Below are positions 1 through 10,002 of a stretch of DNA of 64,000 nt, piece by piece; the stretch's first letter is position 1; every line of letters begins with the position of its first letter. The position numbers and the translations under genes were made by a program. The notes under the pieces were generated by a model. It ran no database searches, was not told where the DNA came from, and saw only the letters and a program-made list of their open reading frames with translations. Location: the NCBI GenBank assembly GCA_036676985.1, contig JAKFBU010000023.1:32001-96000 (forward strand), in the 5' to 3' direction. This DNA comes from Candidatus Sericytochromatia bacterium. Its GTDB lineage: Bacteria; Cyanobacteriota; Sericytochromatia; S15B-MN24; UBA4093.

Positions 1-75
1 TCCGAGGGCGGCGGGATCCGCGTCTTCCGCGGCTCGCGCCGAGAGGAGGGTAGCCGAGACGGTCGTTACGGTCAT
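1..75 (-). CDS. possible 5' end of a gene running off the left edge (MTVTTVSATLLSARAAEDADPAAL...)
   Basis: ATG at 75 on the minus strand, open to the window edge; too short to assign. Confidence 0.35.
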   Translation of the reverse strand, partial: MTVTTVSATLLSARAAEDADPAALG

Positions 76-238
76 GGAGTCCTCTGCAAAGCCGGGAAGC
101 GAGAATCGTTAGAGTTCTTTTACCCTCCGGCCGAACGTAATTTCATGTCGTCCTCGGCAAGGCAAATATGGCGCTCGCCTGCAAGGGTATACGGGTTGGT
201 AGCGCTCGAAGACCCGACGCCGGACCAGGAAGGACCCC

Positions 239-1498
239 ATGAGCATTCCGGAATCCGATTTGATCCGCCTCTTGGGCGCACTGCTCGCGCTCTTGATCTC
301 TTCCCAGGTGCTCGGGGGGCTCTTCCAGCGCCTGCGCCAGCCGCGGGTCATCGGGGAGATCTTGGGGGGCCTGTTGTTCGGGCCGACCGTGCTCGGGACC
401 CTGCTTCCTCAGGCCTACGACGCCATGTTCGGCTCGGGCCTCGCCCAGAAGCCCGTGCTCGGTTTCGTCTTCTGGCTGGGACTGCTCCTCTTGATGTTTT
501 GCTCGGGGCTCGAGACCCAGAACGTCGTGAACCGCTCGGAGTGGCGCACGACCCTCTGGCTGACGGGCGCCGGCACGTTCCTTCCCCTCTTGGCGGGCTT
601 CTGGCTCGCGGGCGCCTTCGACTTCTCGCCCTTCTTCGGGCCCAAAGCCACGGCCCTCAGCTTCGGGCTCCTGCTTGCCAACGCCATCGCCGTGACCTCC
701 ATCCCCGTCATCAGCAAGATCCTGTTCGACGTGGGCCTCACGGGCACACCGTTCGCCCGGGTGGTGCTCACCACCGCGATGATCGAGGACATGCTCCTCT
801 GGGTGCTCCTGTCGGTCACGCTCGGGCTCGCCAACGCCGAGCATGCGAGCGCATGGGAGCTCGTCCGGGGCGTGGTGGTGACCATGTCCTACTTCGCCTT
901 CTGCCAGGTACTGGGACACCGGATCTATGACGGCATCTCGCGGGCTCGGTGGAACCCCTTCAAGACCTCGGCCGACGGTATGCCGCTCCTCATGGTGTTT
1001 CTCCTGGCGGTGCTGCTCGCTTATCTGCTTGGCGTGAACCCCATCTTTGGGGCCTTTCTCGCCGGACGGGTGGTGGCGAATTCCGAGCGCATCGCGGACG
1101 CCACCAAGGAGCAGGTCAAGGGCTTCAGCTTCGCCTTCTTTATCCCCGTCTACTTCGCGAGCGTCGGCCTCAAGCTCGACCTGCGCCACGACTTCGACGT
1201 CCTCTTCTTCGCGGCCTTCGTGCTCGTCGCCTGCGCCATCAAGGCGAGCTCCATGTACCTGGGAGCCCGCCTGGCGGGCCAGGGGCACGCTCCGGGGCTG
1301 AACCTGGCCATCGCCATGAACGCGCGGGGCGGCCCGGGCATCGTGCTCGCGACCGTGGCCCTGGAGGCGGGGCTCGTGACGAACAGCTTCTACGCCGTCT
1401 TGATCCTGCTCTCGCTCGTCACGTCCCAGCTGGCGGGGTGGTGGCTGCAGCGGGTGATGCGGCGATCGCCCAAGGGTCTCGAGCTCTCGCCGCTCTGA
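239..1498 (+). CDS. cation:proton antiporter, CPA2/Kef-type membrane domain
   Basis: 419 aa, multiple TM segments; motifs QPRVIGEILGGLLFGP, AVTSIPVISKIL, IFGAFLAG, FFIPVYFASVG, MNARG. Confidence 0.9.
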   Translation: MSIPESDLIRLLGALLALLISSQVLGGLFQRLRQPRVIGEILGGLLFGPTVLGTLLPQAYDAMFGSGLAQKPVLGFVFWLGLLLLMFCSGLETQNVVNRSEWRTTLWLTGAGTFLPLLAGFWLAGAFDFSPFFGPKATALSFGLLLANAIAVTSIPVISKILFDVGLTGTPFARVVLTTAMIEDMLLWVLLSVTLGLANAEHASAWELVRGVVVTMSYFAFCQVLGHRIYDGISRARWNPFKTSADGMPLLMVFLLAVLLAYLLGVNPIFGAFLAGRVVANSERIADATKEQVKGFSFAFFIPVYFASVGLKLDLRHDFDVLFFAAFVLVACAIKASSMYLGARLAGQGHAPGLNLAIAMNARGGPGIVLATVALEAGLVTNSFYAVLILLSLVTSQLAGWWLQRVMRRSPKGLELSPL

Positions 1499-1570
1499 CA
1501 TTCGGGCGAATGCTGGTTTTCGGGTCGACTTTGGGAATAAGAGGCGTGTAGCCACTCGAAGAGGAATCGC

Positions 1571-2479
1571 ATGGGGACCATCCGCGTCATCGTCAACCGG
1601 CATGCCCGCAACGGCGGCAAGAGCAGCATGCTCAAGCGCGTCGAGCGCGAGCTCAAAGACGTCGAGTATCAGCTCATCATCCCCGACACCTACGAGGACC
1701 TGGTGGCGAGCGCCAAGCAGGCCGTCGAGGACCAGGTGGAGAAGGTGATCGTGGTGGGCGGCGACGGCACCATCAACGCCGTCGTCAACCAGATCGCCAA
1801 CAGCCCGGTCGCCCTCGGCATCATCCCCGCCGGCACCGCCAACGACCTGGCCACCCACCTGGGCATCCCCAAGGACGTCCGCAAGGCCTGCGCCATCATT
1901 CGACGCGGCAGCGTGCGCGAGATGGACCTCGTCGAGATCAACGGCCGCTACTTCATCACCGCGGGCGGCATGGGCGTGGTGAGCGACACGGCCGTGGGCG
2001 TCAACAAGCTCAAGGCGACCGACGGCTTCGTCAGCAAGGCGACCCGCAAGCTCGGGAGCCTCGTTTACGTGCTCTACAGCTTCGGCTTGCTCGCAGGCTC
2101 CAAGAAGATCGTCAGCGACCTCGAGGTCTCGGTAGACGGCCAGCCGCAGGGCACCATCCCCTCCATCGCCCTTTTCGTCAACAACCAGCCCTCCATCGGC
2201 AAGACGGTCGTGCCCTATCCCGAGGCCAAGACGGACGACGGAGAGCTCGGCCTGTGCGTCATGCGCAAGCGCAGTCGTCTGGGGGCCATCCTCACCGTCA
2301 TCCTGATGAGCATGAAAGGGTCGCACACCCGCCGCAAGGAGATCAGCCTCCTGGCGGGCAAGCGCATCGAGATCAAGAGCCCGACCCGCAAGACGTTTAT
2401 CGGAGACGGCGAAGTGCTCGCCCACACGCGCAAGTTGACCCTCAACGTGGTCCCAAAGGCCCTGAGGGTGCTTTCCTAA
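1571..2479 (+). CDS. diacylglycerol/lipid kinase family (YegS/BmrU-like)
   Basis: VNRHA, GGDGTINAV, IPAGTANDLA and DGE motifs; RBS GAGGA upstream. Confidence 0.9.
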   Translation: MGTIRVIVNRHARNGGKSSMLKRVERELKDVEYQLIIPDTYEDLVASAKQAVEDQVEKVIVVGGDGTINAVVNQIANSPVALGIIPAGTANDLATHLGIPKDVRKACAIIRRGSVREMDLVEINGRYFITAGGMGVVSDTAVGVNKLKATDGFVSKATRKLGSLVYVLYSFGLLAGSKKIVSDLEVSVDGQPQGTIPSIALFVNNQPSIGKTVVPYPEAKTDDGELGLCVMRKRSRLGAILTVILMSMKGSHTRRKEISLLAGKRIEIKSPTRKTFIGDGEVLAHTRKLTLNVVPKALRVLS

Positions 2480-2601
2480 CGAAGTTTTGACCCGTCTAAA
2501 ACACGTGCTTATCAGCTTTGAGGCCATTCCCGGGTAAATATTCGGTGTGGAGGCGTTAATGCCGCCATAAGACTCCCGCCGAAAGGAGGCCTTGGAATGT
2601 C

Positions 2602-2784
2602 ATGAGCGTCACCGAGCACAGGACCCTGATCCGGCTGATCCTGGCGGCCTACGACCCCGGGGGCGAGCTGGAACCGCGCGAGAAGAGCTTCATGGTGAAG
2701 CAGGTGGTCCACTCACTCGCGCAAGAGGGCACGATCACCAAGGAAACGGCGGACCACATCCACCACGAGCTCACGGCTCGCTAG
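2602..2784 (+). CDS. small hypothetical protein (60 aa)
   Basis: AAGGAGG upstream, genome-typical codon usage, followed by a GC hairpin at about 2801-2828. Confidence 0.65.
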   Translation: MSVTEHRTLIRLILAAYDPGGELEPREKSFMVKQVVHSLAQEGTITKETADHIHHELTAR

Positions 2785-2867
2785 CTGGTAATCTTCCACA
2801 CGAGGGGCGCCCGGGGGGCGGCCCCTCGACCGTTTTCAAGGCATAATGGGAGCCAGGAGGCTCCCCT

Positions 2868-3626
2868 ATGGCCACGCTGCTCGCCGAGACCCGCGTCATC
2901 CTCATCCACCCCACCCTGCCGGAGAACGTCGGCGCGGTTGCCCGGGCCATGCGCCACTTCGGGCTGCGCGACCTGGTGATTGCCGAGGGAGGCGTGGATC
3001 CCGAGCACCCGCACGCCGTGCGCGTGGCCGCGGGCGCCGAGGAGATCCTCCAGGAGGCGCGCCGGGTCGAGACGTTCGAGGAGGCCCTGGAGGACGTGGT
3101 GTTCGCGGTCGCCACCACCGCACGGCCCTATGACGCGGTCGACATGCGTGCGCGCGAGCCGCGCGAGGTAGCCTTGCTCGCCCGCGACTACGCCCAGGCG
3201 GGCCCCGTCGCCCTGGTCTTCGGGACGGAGAAGCACGGTCTGCCGAACGAGTACCTGCGGCGCTGCCACCAGATCGCGCGCATCCCGGGCGAGGAGGGCA
3301 CCTGCCTCAACCTGGCCATGGCCGTCAACATCTTCGCGTACGAGTGGTACCAGGCCGCAGAGTGCGGCCATGCGCACGAGGACGTGCCGCTCCTGGCCGC
3401 AGCCGCCAAGGAGACGGACCTCGGCGATCTAGGCAGGCGCCTGGCCGACGCGCTCAGTCGCGTGGGGGTGTTTCGTCAGCAGGACGCCGAGAGCAAGGCG
3501 CACACGCTCCGGCGCATCCTCAGCCAGGCCAGGCTGGATGCAAACGAGGCCGCCCTCGTACAGGCCATCGTCCGGAAACTGCCTGGGCTTCTAGGAGAGG
3601 GATCGAACAACAACCGTTCATACTGA
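2868..3626 (+). CDS. trmJ: SpoU/TrmH-family RNA methyltransferase (TrmJ-like)
   Basis: ENVGAVARAMRHFG, ALVFGTEKHGL, LNLAMAV SPOUT motifs; RBS AGGAGG. Confidence 0.85.
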   Translation: MATLLAETRVILIHPTLPENVGAVARAMRHFGLRDLVIAEGGVDPEHPHAVRVAAGAEEILQEARRVETFEEALEDVVFAVATTARPYDAVDMRAREPREVALLARDYAQAGPVALVFGTEKHGLPNEYLRRCHQIARIPGEEGTCLNLAMAVNIFAYEWYQAAECGHAHEDVPLLAAAAKETDLGDLGRRLADALSRVGVFRQQDAESKAHTLRRILSQARLDANEAALVQAIVRKLPGLLGEGSNNNRSY

Positions 3627-3687
3627 GGTCGTTGGATCGGGCACACCCACAACAACCGTTCACACTGAGGCCCTCGAAGTGCGAACG
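3607..3687. repeat. two 22-bp direct repeats (ACAACAACCGTTCAYACTGAGG); the second extends into a REP-like hairpin
   Basis: copies at 3607-3628 and 3649-3670 differ by 1 nt; second copy continues CGTTCACACTGAGGCCCTCGAAGTGCGAACG (imperfect palindrome); lies where trmJ and the sigma gene converge. Confidence 0.7.
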
Positions 3688-3695
3688 ACTCCTTG

Positions 3696-4442
3696 TTACG
3701 CTACCGAGCTCTTGACGCCCAAGTGGTTCAGGAGCTCGCTCAAGGCCACGCGCACGCGGCGCGAGACCTGGGTCTGCGAGATGCCGAGCAGCCGGCCGAT
3801 CTCCTGCTGGGACAGATCCTGGAAGAAGAAGAAGTCGATCACCTCGCGCGAGGTGACCTTGAGCTTGGCGATCGCCTGCGAGAGCATGATCCGGTCTTCG
3901 GTCTGGTTCTGGAACGCGCCGTACTTGTGGTCCGTCAGCTGCAGGCGGATGGGGGCGCTGTCCTCATCCGTATCGTACTCGGCGTCGAGCGAGAGGGGCT
4001 TGGTGGTCCGCTCCATGGCGATGATCTCGGAGACCTTGAGGGGGCAGAGCTGGGTCTCGACCGCGATTTCCTCGCACGACGGCTCCCGCTGCAGCTCCTG
4101 CTTCAGGCGAGCGGCCGCCGTCTTGACCCGCGATCGCAGCTCGACGAGCTCCCGCGGCGGGCGCACCAGAGGTACGCTGTCGCGCAGGTAGTGGAGGATT
4201 TCACCCGAGATGATCGTCGAGGCGTAGGCCTCGAAGGCGCAGCCCATGGTCGGGTCGAAGCGGCGCATGGCCCGCAAGAGGCCGACCGATCCGACCTGGA
4301 TCAGGTCGTCGAGCTCGACGCCCGAGCGCTGGTGGTAGCTGCGAGCGAGCCGACGCACCAGCGGCATGTAGCGCTCGACCAGTGCGGAGGTTGCCACCGT
4401 AGTCGGCGACTGGAGTTTGGGTAGTTCCGTCGTCTGGGGCAT
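3696..4442 (-). CDS. RNA polymerase sigma-70 family factor, SigB/SigF type
   Basis: region 2 DDLIQVGSVGLLRAMRRFDP...GEILHYLRD; region 4 LSQQEIGRLLGISQTQVSR; ATG 4442 with RBS AAGGAG. Confidence 0.9.
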   Translation of the reverse strand: MPQTTELPKLQSPTTVATSALVERYMPLVRRLARSYHQRSGVELDDLIQVGSVGLLRAMRRFDPTMGCAFEAYASTIISGEILHYLRDSVPLVRPPRELVELRSRVKTAAARLKQELQREPSCEEIAVETQLCPLKVSEIIAMERTTKPLSLDAEYDTDEDSAPIRLQLTDHKYGAFQNQTEDRIMLSQAIAKLKVTSREVIDFFFFQDLSQQEIGRLLGISQTQVSRRVRVALSELLNHLGVKSSVA

Positions 4443-4815
4443 GGCGACACTCCTTTTCGGCAGGATCAACCAATTGCTTCGTTAATGTGAATCTTGAACC
4501 ATCTCGGTAACAGGAACGATAACGGCCACCACACCCGCCATGTGATCTTGATCAAATTTCGACCGGGCAGAAGCCCGATTTTGCTAAACGCCCCCCTGCT
4601 CCGGGGGGCGTCCCGGGACGAGTGATCGGTGTCGCCCACCGATCGATCGCCCCTCGAGAGGCATGGCAAGGGTGTTTGGAGGGGCGATCGGGCGACTTGC
4701 ATGGCCTGCGAACCGCCGCTAAGATCGGGCTCCCCCCGTTGCGATCGCAACGTGTTGCCGACTGATTGCGACCGCTCTCCTCACCTCGTCAGCAGGTGTT
4801 TGAAGGAGAGCATTC

Positions 4816-5991
4816 GTGAAGACCAAACAAGCCGCCATTCCCATGGGTCCGCTCCCCGAGCTGGCCCCTACCATGCCGATCCAGTTCCGGCACCTCAAGT
4901 CGCCGGTCTACGGCCACAGCCTCGAGGCCTACGCCCCCGGACAGATCTACTACCATCCGCGCGGCCTGACGATCTCGGCGGCCTTCGCGCAGGAGTTCGC
5001 GACCACCTACATGGACGCGAACCCCCTGTACCTCAACGACGAGTATGCTCGGGCCCACGGCTACGAGGGCATGCTCGTCTCGCCCCTCATGGTCCTCAAC
5101 CTCGCGCTCTCACTGGGCGTGCAGAACGACTCGGAACAGGCGATCGCCAACCTGGGCTACTACAACGTCCGCTATCCGCGCCCCGTCTACCCGGGCGACA
5201 CCATCCAGGCGGTCACCCGCATCGTGGACGTGCAGGACAAGCGGGACGGAAAACCCGGGATCGTCCACCTGCGGACCCTCGGCCTCAATCAGCGCCAGGA
5301 GATCGTCGTCCACTACGATCGCAAGATCATGGTGGCTCCGAAGGGCGAGAACACCGACAAGGCCCCTGCTCAGCCCTGGCCCTACCCCGAGCTCGACGAG
5401 GTCTCCCTCGAGCTGCCTCCGGTGCCCATGAGCTACCCCACGGACCTGACGGGCCGCAGCACCTACTTCGAGGACTTCGCGCCCGGCATGGTCATCGCCC
5501 ATGCCAACGGCCGGACCATCACCGACGAGCACCTGCCCTGGACCTATCGCCTGGGCAACACCCATCCGCTGCACTACGACCGCCTCTACAGCACCCGGCG
5601 ACAAGGCGCCATGAGCGGCGAGCCCATCGTCTACGGAGGGCTCGTCTTCGCGTGGCTCGCAGGGCTCGCGAGCCGGGACACGACGGAGAACGCGCTCCTG
5701 GACCTGGGCTACACGGAGGGCTATCACACGCAGCCTTCTTACTCGGGCGACACCATCTACGCCATCTCACGCGTGCTCGCGACCCAGGAGCTGCCGGACA
5801 TCGAGCATGCGGGCATGGTCACCTTCCAGCTCATCGGAGTGAAGGGCCTGACCGCACGCGAGGCCATCGACGCCTACGAGGCCGACCTCTTCAAGAAGGA
5901 AGTCGACAAGAAACGCCTCGGCAAGGAGAAGATCCCCGCCAAGATCTTCGAGATCGAGCGCCAGGTGCTCCTCAAGAAGCGCCCCCGCTAA
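4816..5991 (+). CDS. mch: mesaconyl-CoA (2-methylfumaryl-CoA) hydratase, double MaoC/hotdog
   Basis: two MaoC domains (AIANLGY...PVYPGDT; YFEDFAPG...GRTIT; IVYGG); directly upstream of ecm. Confidence 0.8.
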   Translation: MKTKQAAIPMGPLPELAPTMPIQFRHLKSPVYGHSLEAYAPGQIYYHPRGLTISAAFAQEFATTYMDANPLYLNDEYARAHGYEGMLVSPLMVLNLALSLGVQNDSEQAIANLGYYNVRYPRPVYPGDTIQAVTRIVDVQDKRDGKPGIVHLRTLGLNQRQEIVVHYDRKIMVAPKGENTDKAPAQPWPYPELDEVSLELPPVPMSYPTDLTGRSTYFEDFAPGMVIAHANGRTITDEHLPWTYRLGNTHPLHYDRLYSTRRQGAMSGEPIVYGGLVFAWLAGLASRDTTENALLDLGYTEGYHTQPSYSGDTIYAISRVLATQELPDIEHAGMVTFQLIGVKGLTAREAIDAYEADLFKKEVDKKRLGKEKIPAKIFEIERQVLLKKRPR

Positions 5992-6034
5992 ACACGCTCG
6001 CACCGCAGCACCAGACGTCGCCCCCTTGCGTGTA

Positions 6035-6077
6035 CTTCCCCCCCTCTCGAGGGGGGGCCAGGGGGGGTCCTCCTTGT
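6035..6077. repeat. REP-like palindromic repeat, single copy
   Basis: CTTCCCCCCCTCTCGAGGGGGGGCCAGGGGGGGTCCTCCTTGT, 41/43 identical to 60474-60516. Confidence 0.8.
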
Positions 6078-6096
6078 CTAGAGAAGGGAGTTCCCG

Positions 6097-8103
6097 ATGC
6101 GACCGAAGGACAAGCCCTGGCTGATGCGGACCTACTCGGGGCACAGCTCGGCAACGGCCTCCAATGCGCTGTACCGCAAGAATCTCGAAAAGGGTCAGAC
6201 GGGCCTGAGCGTGGCCTTCGACCTGCCCACCCAGACCGGATACGACGCAGATCACCCGATGGCCCAGGGTGAGGTCGGCAAGGTGGGCGTGCCCATCAGC
6301 CACATCGAGGACATGGAGACCCTGTTCGCCGGGATTCCCGTCGAGCGCATGAACACGAGCATGACCATCAACGCCACGGCCCCGTGGCTTCTGGCGCTCT
6401 ACATCGCACTCGCCGAGCGCCGCGGCATCAGCCCGCGGGGGTTGCAGGGGACCACGCAGAACGACCTGTTGAAGGAGTTCCTGTCGCGCGGGACCCACAT
6501 CTTCCCACCCGAGCCCTCGCTGCGCCTCACCTCGGACATGATCGCCTACACCGTCAGGCATGTCCCCAAGTGGAACCCCATCAACATCTGCTCCTATCAC
6601 CTGCAGGAAGCGGGCGCCACGCCTGTCCAGGAGCTCGCCTTCGCCCTCGCCAACGCCAAGGCCGTCCTGGACGACCTCAAGGCCTCCGGCCAGGTCTCGG
6701 AGGCCGACTGGCCCGCGGTCGTCGGGCGCCTCTCGTTCTTCGTCAACGCCGGCATCCGCTTCATCGAGGAGACGTGCAAGCTCCGGGCGTTCACGCGCAT
6801 GTGGGACCAGCTCACCCGCGAGCGCTACGGGGTCGAGGATCCCGCCATGCGACGCTTCCGGTACGGCGTGCAGGTCAACTCATTGGGCCTGACCGAGCAG
6901 CAGCCGGAGAACAACGTCATCCGCATCGTGCTCGAGGCCCTGTCCGTCACGCTCTCCAAGGAGGCGCGGGCGCGCGCCATTCAGCTGCCCGCTTGGAACG
7001 AGGCCCTCGGGCTGCCGCGTCCCTGGGACCAGCAGTGGTCCCTGCGCATCCAGCAGATCCTCGCCCATGAGACCGACCTCTTGGAGTACGAGGACATCTT
7101 CGACGGTTCGCCCGTCATCGAGCGGGAAGTCCAGCGCATGATGGCCGAGGCCCAGGCCATCATGGACGAGATCGAGGTGCAGGGCGGCGCGATGGCGGCC
7201 CTGAGCTGGATGAAGCGCTCGCTGGTCGAGTCCAACGCCCGGCGCCTGCGGCGCATCGAGACCGGGGACCAGACGGTCGTGGGCGTCAACGCCTTCGAGC
7301 AGGGGGACGCCTCGCCGCTCGTGGCCAACGGAGAGATCAGCATCCTGACGGTCTCCGAAGAGGCCGCCCGGGATCAGATCGAGCGGCTGCGGGCCTTCCG
7401 CGAAAGGCGGGATCCCGATCAGGTCGAGCAGGCCCTCTGGGCCCTGCGCGAGGCGGCCCAGAGCGGCTCCAACCTCATGCCCGTGTCCATCGCCTGCGCC
7501 CACGCCGGCGTGACGACGGGCGAGTGGGCCGGTGTCCTGCGCGAGGTGTACGGCGAGTACCACGCGCCGACGGGTGTCTCCTCCGCACGCTCGGAGGGCG
7601 CCACCTCGGGCATCGAGGTGTTGCGCGAGCGGGTGCGCGAGATCAGCCACCAGCTGGGTAGCCCCCTGCGCATGCTCGTGGGCAAGCCGGGGCTCGACGG
7701 CCACAGCAATGGCGCCGAGCAGATCGCCCTCAAGGCCCGGGACGCGGGGATCGAGGTCATCTACCTGGGGATTCGCCTCACGCCCCAGCAGATCGTCGAG
7801 GCGGCCCTCCAGGAGGACGTCCACCTGGTGGGCCTGAGCATCCTGTCCGGAGCTCACCTGATCCTCGTCCCCAAGGTCATGGAGCAGATGCGGCAGGCGG
7901 GCATGGACGACGTGCCGGTGGTGGCGGGCGGGATCATTCCCGAGCCGGATGCCGCGCGGCTGAAGGAGAGTGGCGTGGCCGCGGTGTTCACGCCCAAGGA
8001 CTTCGACCTGGACCGGATCATGGCGCGGCTCGTGGAGCTCGTGGCCGAGCGGCGGGGACTGGCCACCGGCGCGGTCTCGCTGTCGAGCGACGGGCTGGCA
8101 TGA
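6097..8103 (+). CDS. ecm: B12-dependent ethylmalonyl-CoA mutase (MeaA/Ecm)
   Basis: [52 protein letters not shown]12-binding [12 protein letters not shown] (Ecm-type). Confidence 0.92.
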   Translation: MRPKDKPWLMRTYSGHSSATASNALYRKNLEKGQTGLSVAFDLPTQTGYDADHPMAQGEVGKVGVPISHIEDMETLFAGIPVERMNTSMTINATAPWLLALYIALAERRGISPRGLQGTTQNDLLKEFLSRGTHIFPPEPSLRLTSDMIAYTVRHVPKWNPINICSYHLQEAGATPVQELAFALANAKAVLDDLKASGQVSEADWPAVVGRLSFFVNAGIRFIEETCKLRAFTRMWDQLTRERYGVEDPAMRRFRYGVQVNSLGLTEQQPENNVIRIVLEALSVTLSKEARARAIQLPAWNEALGLPRPWDQQWSLRIQQILAHETDLLEYEDIFDGSPVIEREVQRMMAEAQAIMDEIEVQGGAMAALSWMKRSLVESNARRLRRIETGDQTVVGVNAFEQGDASPLVANGEISILTVSEEAARDQIERLRAFRERRDPDQVEQALWALREAAQSGSNLMPVSIACAHAGVTTGEWAGVLREVYGEYHAPTGVSSARSEGATSGIEVLRERVREISHQLGSPLRMLVGKPGLDGHSNGAEQIALKARDAGIEVIYLGIRLTPQQIVEAALQEDVHLVGLSILSGAHLILVPKVMEQMRQAGMDDVPVVAGGIIPEPDAARLKESGVAAVFTPKDFDLDRIMARLVELVAERRGLATGAVSLSSDGLA

Positions 8104-8136
8104 GGCGGCCCTCGCTGAAGTCAGTTCGAGGAGACG

Positions 8137-10002
8137 CTAGACGTCGCTCTCGAACAGCGTCTTGGTCTGATCCACGGCCTCCTTGAGGCCGATGAGGGTG
8201 ACGACGTCGCCGAGGGAAAGCATGGTCTTTCCGTCCGGGACCGTCACCCGGCCGTCCCGCTTGACGAGGGCCACCAGACATTCTCCGGGCAGTTGCAGCT
8301 GGCGCAGGGGATGGCCGGCGACCTTGGGGTTACCGACCTGGACCTCGGTCATGCGATCGCCATAGGCCGACGAGCTCAAGAGGGGCAGGACCGTGGGACG
8401 AGTGACCAGGGCCGAAAGAGTCATGGCCGCCGCATCCGACACCAACAGGGGCTCGACCCGGGCCCCGCGAAAGGCGTCGGCGTTCCGCGCCTCGTTCACC
8501 CGGGCGATGATCCGCAGCTCGGGGTGATGGGCGCGGACGACCTGGGCGATGAGCAGGTTGGCCTTGTCGCTCGGGGAGGCGGCGATGAGGCACTGGCACC
8601 ACCCCAGTCCCATTCGCTTCAAGACCTCCGGATCGGTGGCGTCCCCCTGCGCGGCCGTGAGGCCGGAGCCAAGAGCCACGCGCACGTTCTCGGGGTCCGT
8701 GTCGAGCAGTTGCACCGACTCCCCCTCCTCCGTGAGCTGCCACGCCAGCTTGCGGGCGATCTCGTCGCCGCCCACCACGATCACTTTCTTCGGCATCACC
8801 TTCAGGCGGGCGGCCACCCAGCCCGCGCCACTCCCTTCGATCAAGACGCTCAGGATGACGGTGAGGAACACCAGGCCCCCCAGAGCCTCGCCGCCCTGGA
8901 TGCCCCAGGCCTCGAGCTCGAGCGCCATGAGCGAGGCCATGGAGGCGGCGACGATGCCGCGGGGCCCCAGCCATGCGATGAACGCCCGCTCCCGCCACGT
9001 CAGGGCCGTCCCCCACGTGGAAAGGGCGACGGCGATGGGCCGGATGACGAACATGAGCACGAGCACCGTCGCCACGCCCCGCCAGCCGAGATTCAACAGG
9101 CGCTCGAGGGGCATGGCAGCCGCGAGCAGGATGAAGACCAGGCTCAGGGCGACGAGCGTGAGGTCTCCCTTGAAGCGCTTGATGTTCTCCTCTTCGGGCA
9201 GCCGGAAGCTGCCGGCCAGGAGGCCCGCCACCGCCACCGCCGCGATCCCCGACTCGTGGGCGAAGGCCTGGGACACCGAGTAGCCCAGCAGGACCGCCCC
9301 CAGGACGGCGACCCTGGTCAGGTCCGGCGATAGCAGATCAGAGCGCTTGAGCGCGACCTTGAGCCCCAGGGCCGTGATCCCACCGACGCCCATGCCCACC
9401 GCGAGGTTGGTGGCCAACTGCAGGAGGCCTCCGCGCACGCCATCGGCCGAACCCGTGACGTAGCTGAAGACGGCGGCCGTCAACAGGACGCCCACGGCGT
9501 CCACGAAGACGCTCTCGGCCTCGAGGGTGGTCTTGAGGCGATGGTTCAGGGGCAAGCGCTTGAGGATCGGCGAGATGACGGTGGGGCCCGTGACGCTCAC
9601 GATGGCGCCGAACAGGAAGGCCACCTTCCAGGGCAGCCCCGCGACGTGATGGCCGGCCACCGCCGCGAGCCCGAAGGTCGTCAGCGCCCCCACCGTGATG
9701 AGGCCCAGCACGCTGCGCGAGCAGTGCCTGAGCTGGCGCGCGTCGATCATGAGCGCGCCCTCGAAGACGATGATGGCCACCGCGATGGAGACGAGCGCGC
9801 GCAAGCCCACGCCGTAGACGTCGGGCTGGACGAGGCCCAGTACCGCCGGGCCCAGGAGCACGCCCAGCCCCAGCCACAAGAGGATGGCGGGAAGGCGAAG
9901 CCTCTGAGCCGTCACCTGGGCCGCGATGCCCACCACCAGGACGATGGCCGTAGTCAGGACCAGGACGAGGGCCGGATAGTGTGGCAGCAGGTTGCTCAGC
10001 AA
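8137..10002 (-). CDS. CPA1/NhaP-type cation:proton antiporter with C-terminal TrkA-N and TrkA-C (RCK) domains
   Basis: TGPTVISPIL, LEAESVFVDAVG, GPRGIVAA; then VIVVGG...GDATDPEVL and LVALVKRDG...PDGKTML; start uncertain (TTG 10002 next to the LysR stop). Confidence 0.85.
   Translation of the reverse strand: MLSNLLPHYPALVLVLTTAIVLVVGIAAQVTAQRLRLPAILLWLGLGVLLGPAVLGLVQPDVYGVGLRALVSIAVAIIVFEGALMIDARQLRHCSRSVLGLITVGALTTFGLAAVAGHHVAGLPWKVAFLFGAIVSVTGPTVISPILKRLPLNHRLKTTLEAESVFVDAVGVLLTAAVFSYVTGSADGVRGGLLQLATNLAVGMGVGGITALGLKVALKRSDLLSPDLTRVAVLGAVLLGYSVSQAFAHESGIAAVAVAGLLAGSFRLPEEENIKRFKGDLTLVALSLVFILLAAAMPLERLLNLGWRGVATVLVLMFVIRPIAVALSTWGTALTWRERAFIAWLGPRGIVAASMASLMALELEAWGIQGGEALGGLVFLTVILSVLIEGSGAGWVAARLKVMPKKVIVVGGDEIARKLAWQLTEEGESVQLLDTDPENVRVALGSGLTAAQGDATDPEVLKRMGLGWCQCLIAASPSDKANLLIAQVVRAHHPELRIIARVNEARNADAFRGARVEPLLVSDAAAMTLSALVTRPTVLPLLSSSAYGDRMTEVQVGNPKVAGHPLRQLQLPGECLVALVKRDGRVTVPDGKTMLSLGDVVTLIGLKEAVDQTKTLFESDV

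Noticed and set aside
143-2527. Very long antisense or alternate-frame ORFs (e.g. 143-2527, 15947-18520, 34981-37362, 37790-40000, 60208-62121)
   Set aside because: Shadows of real genes caused by high GC and strong codon bias; no family motifs.
3607-3670. Repeat-spacer-repeat resembling a mini CRISPR array
   Set aside because: Only two 22-bp units with a 20-bp spacer, overlapping a stop codon, and no cas genes.
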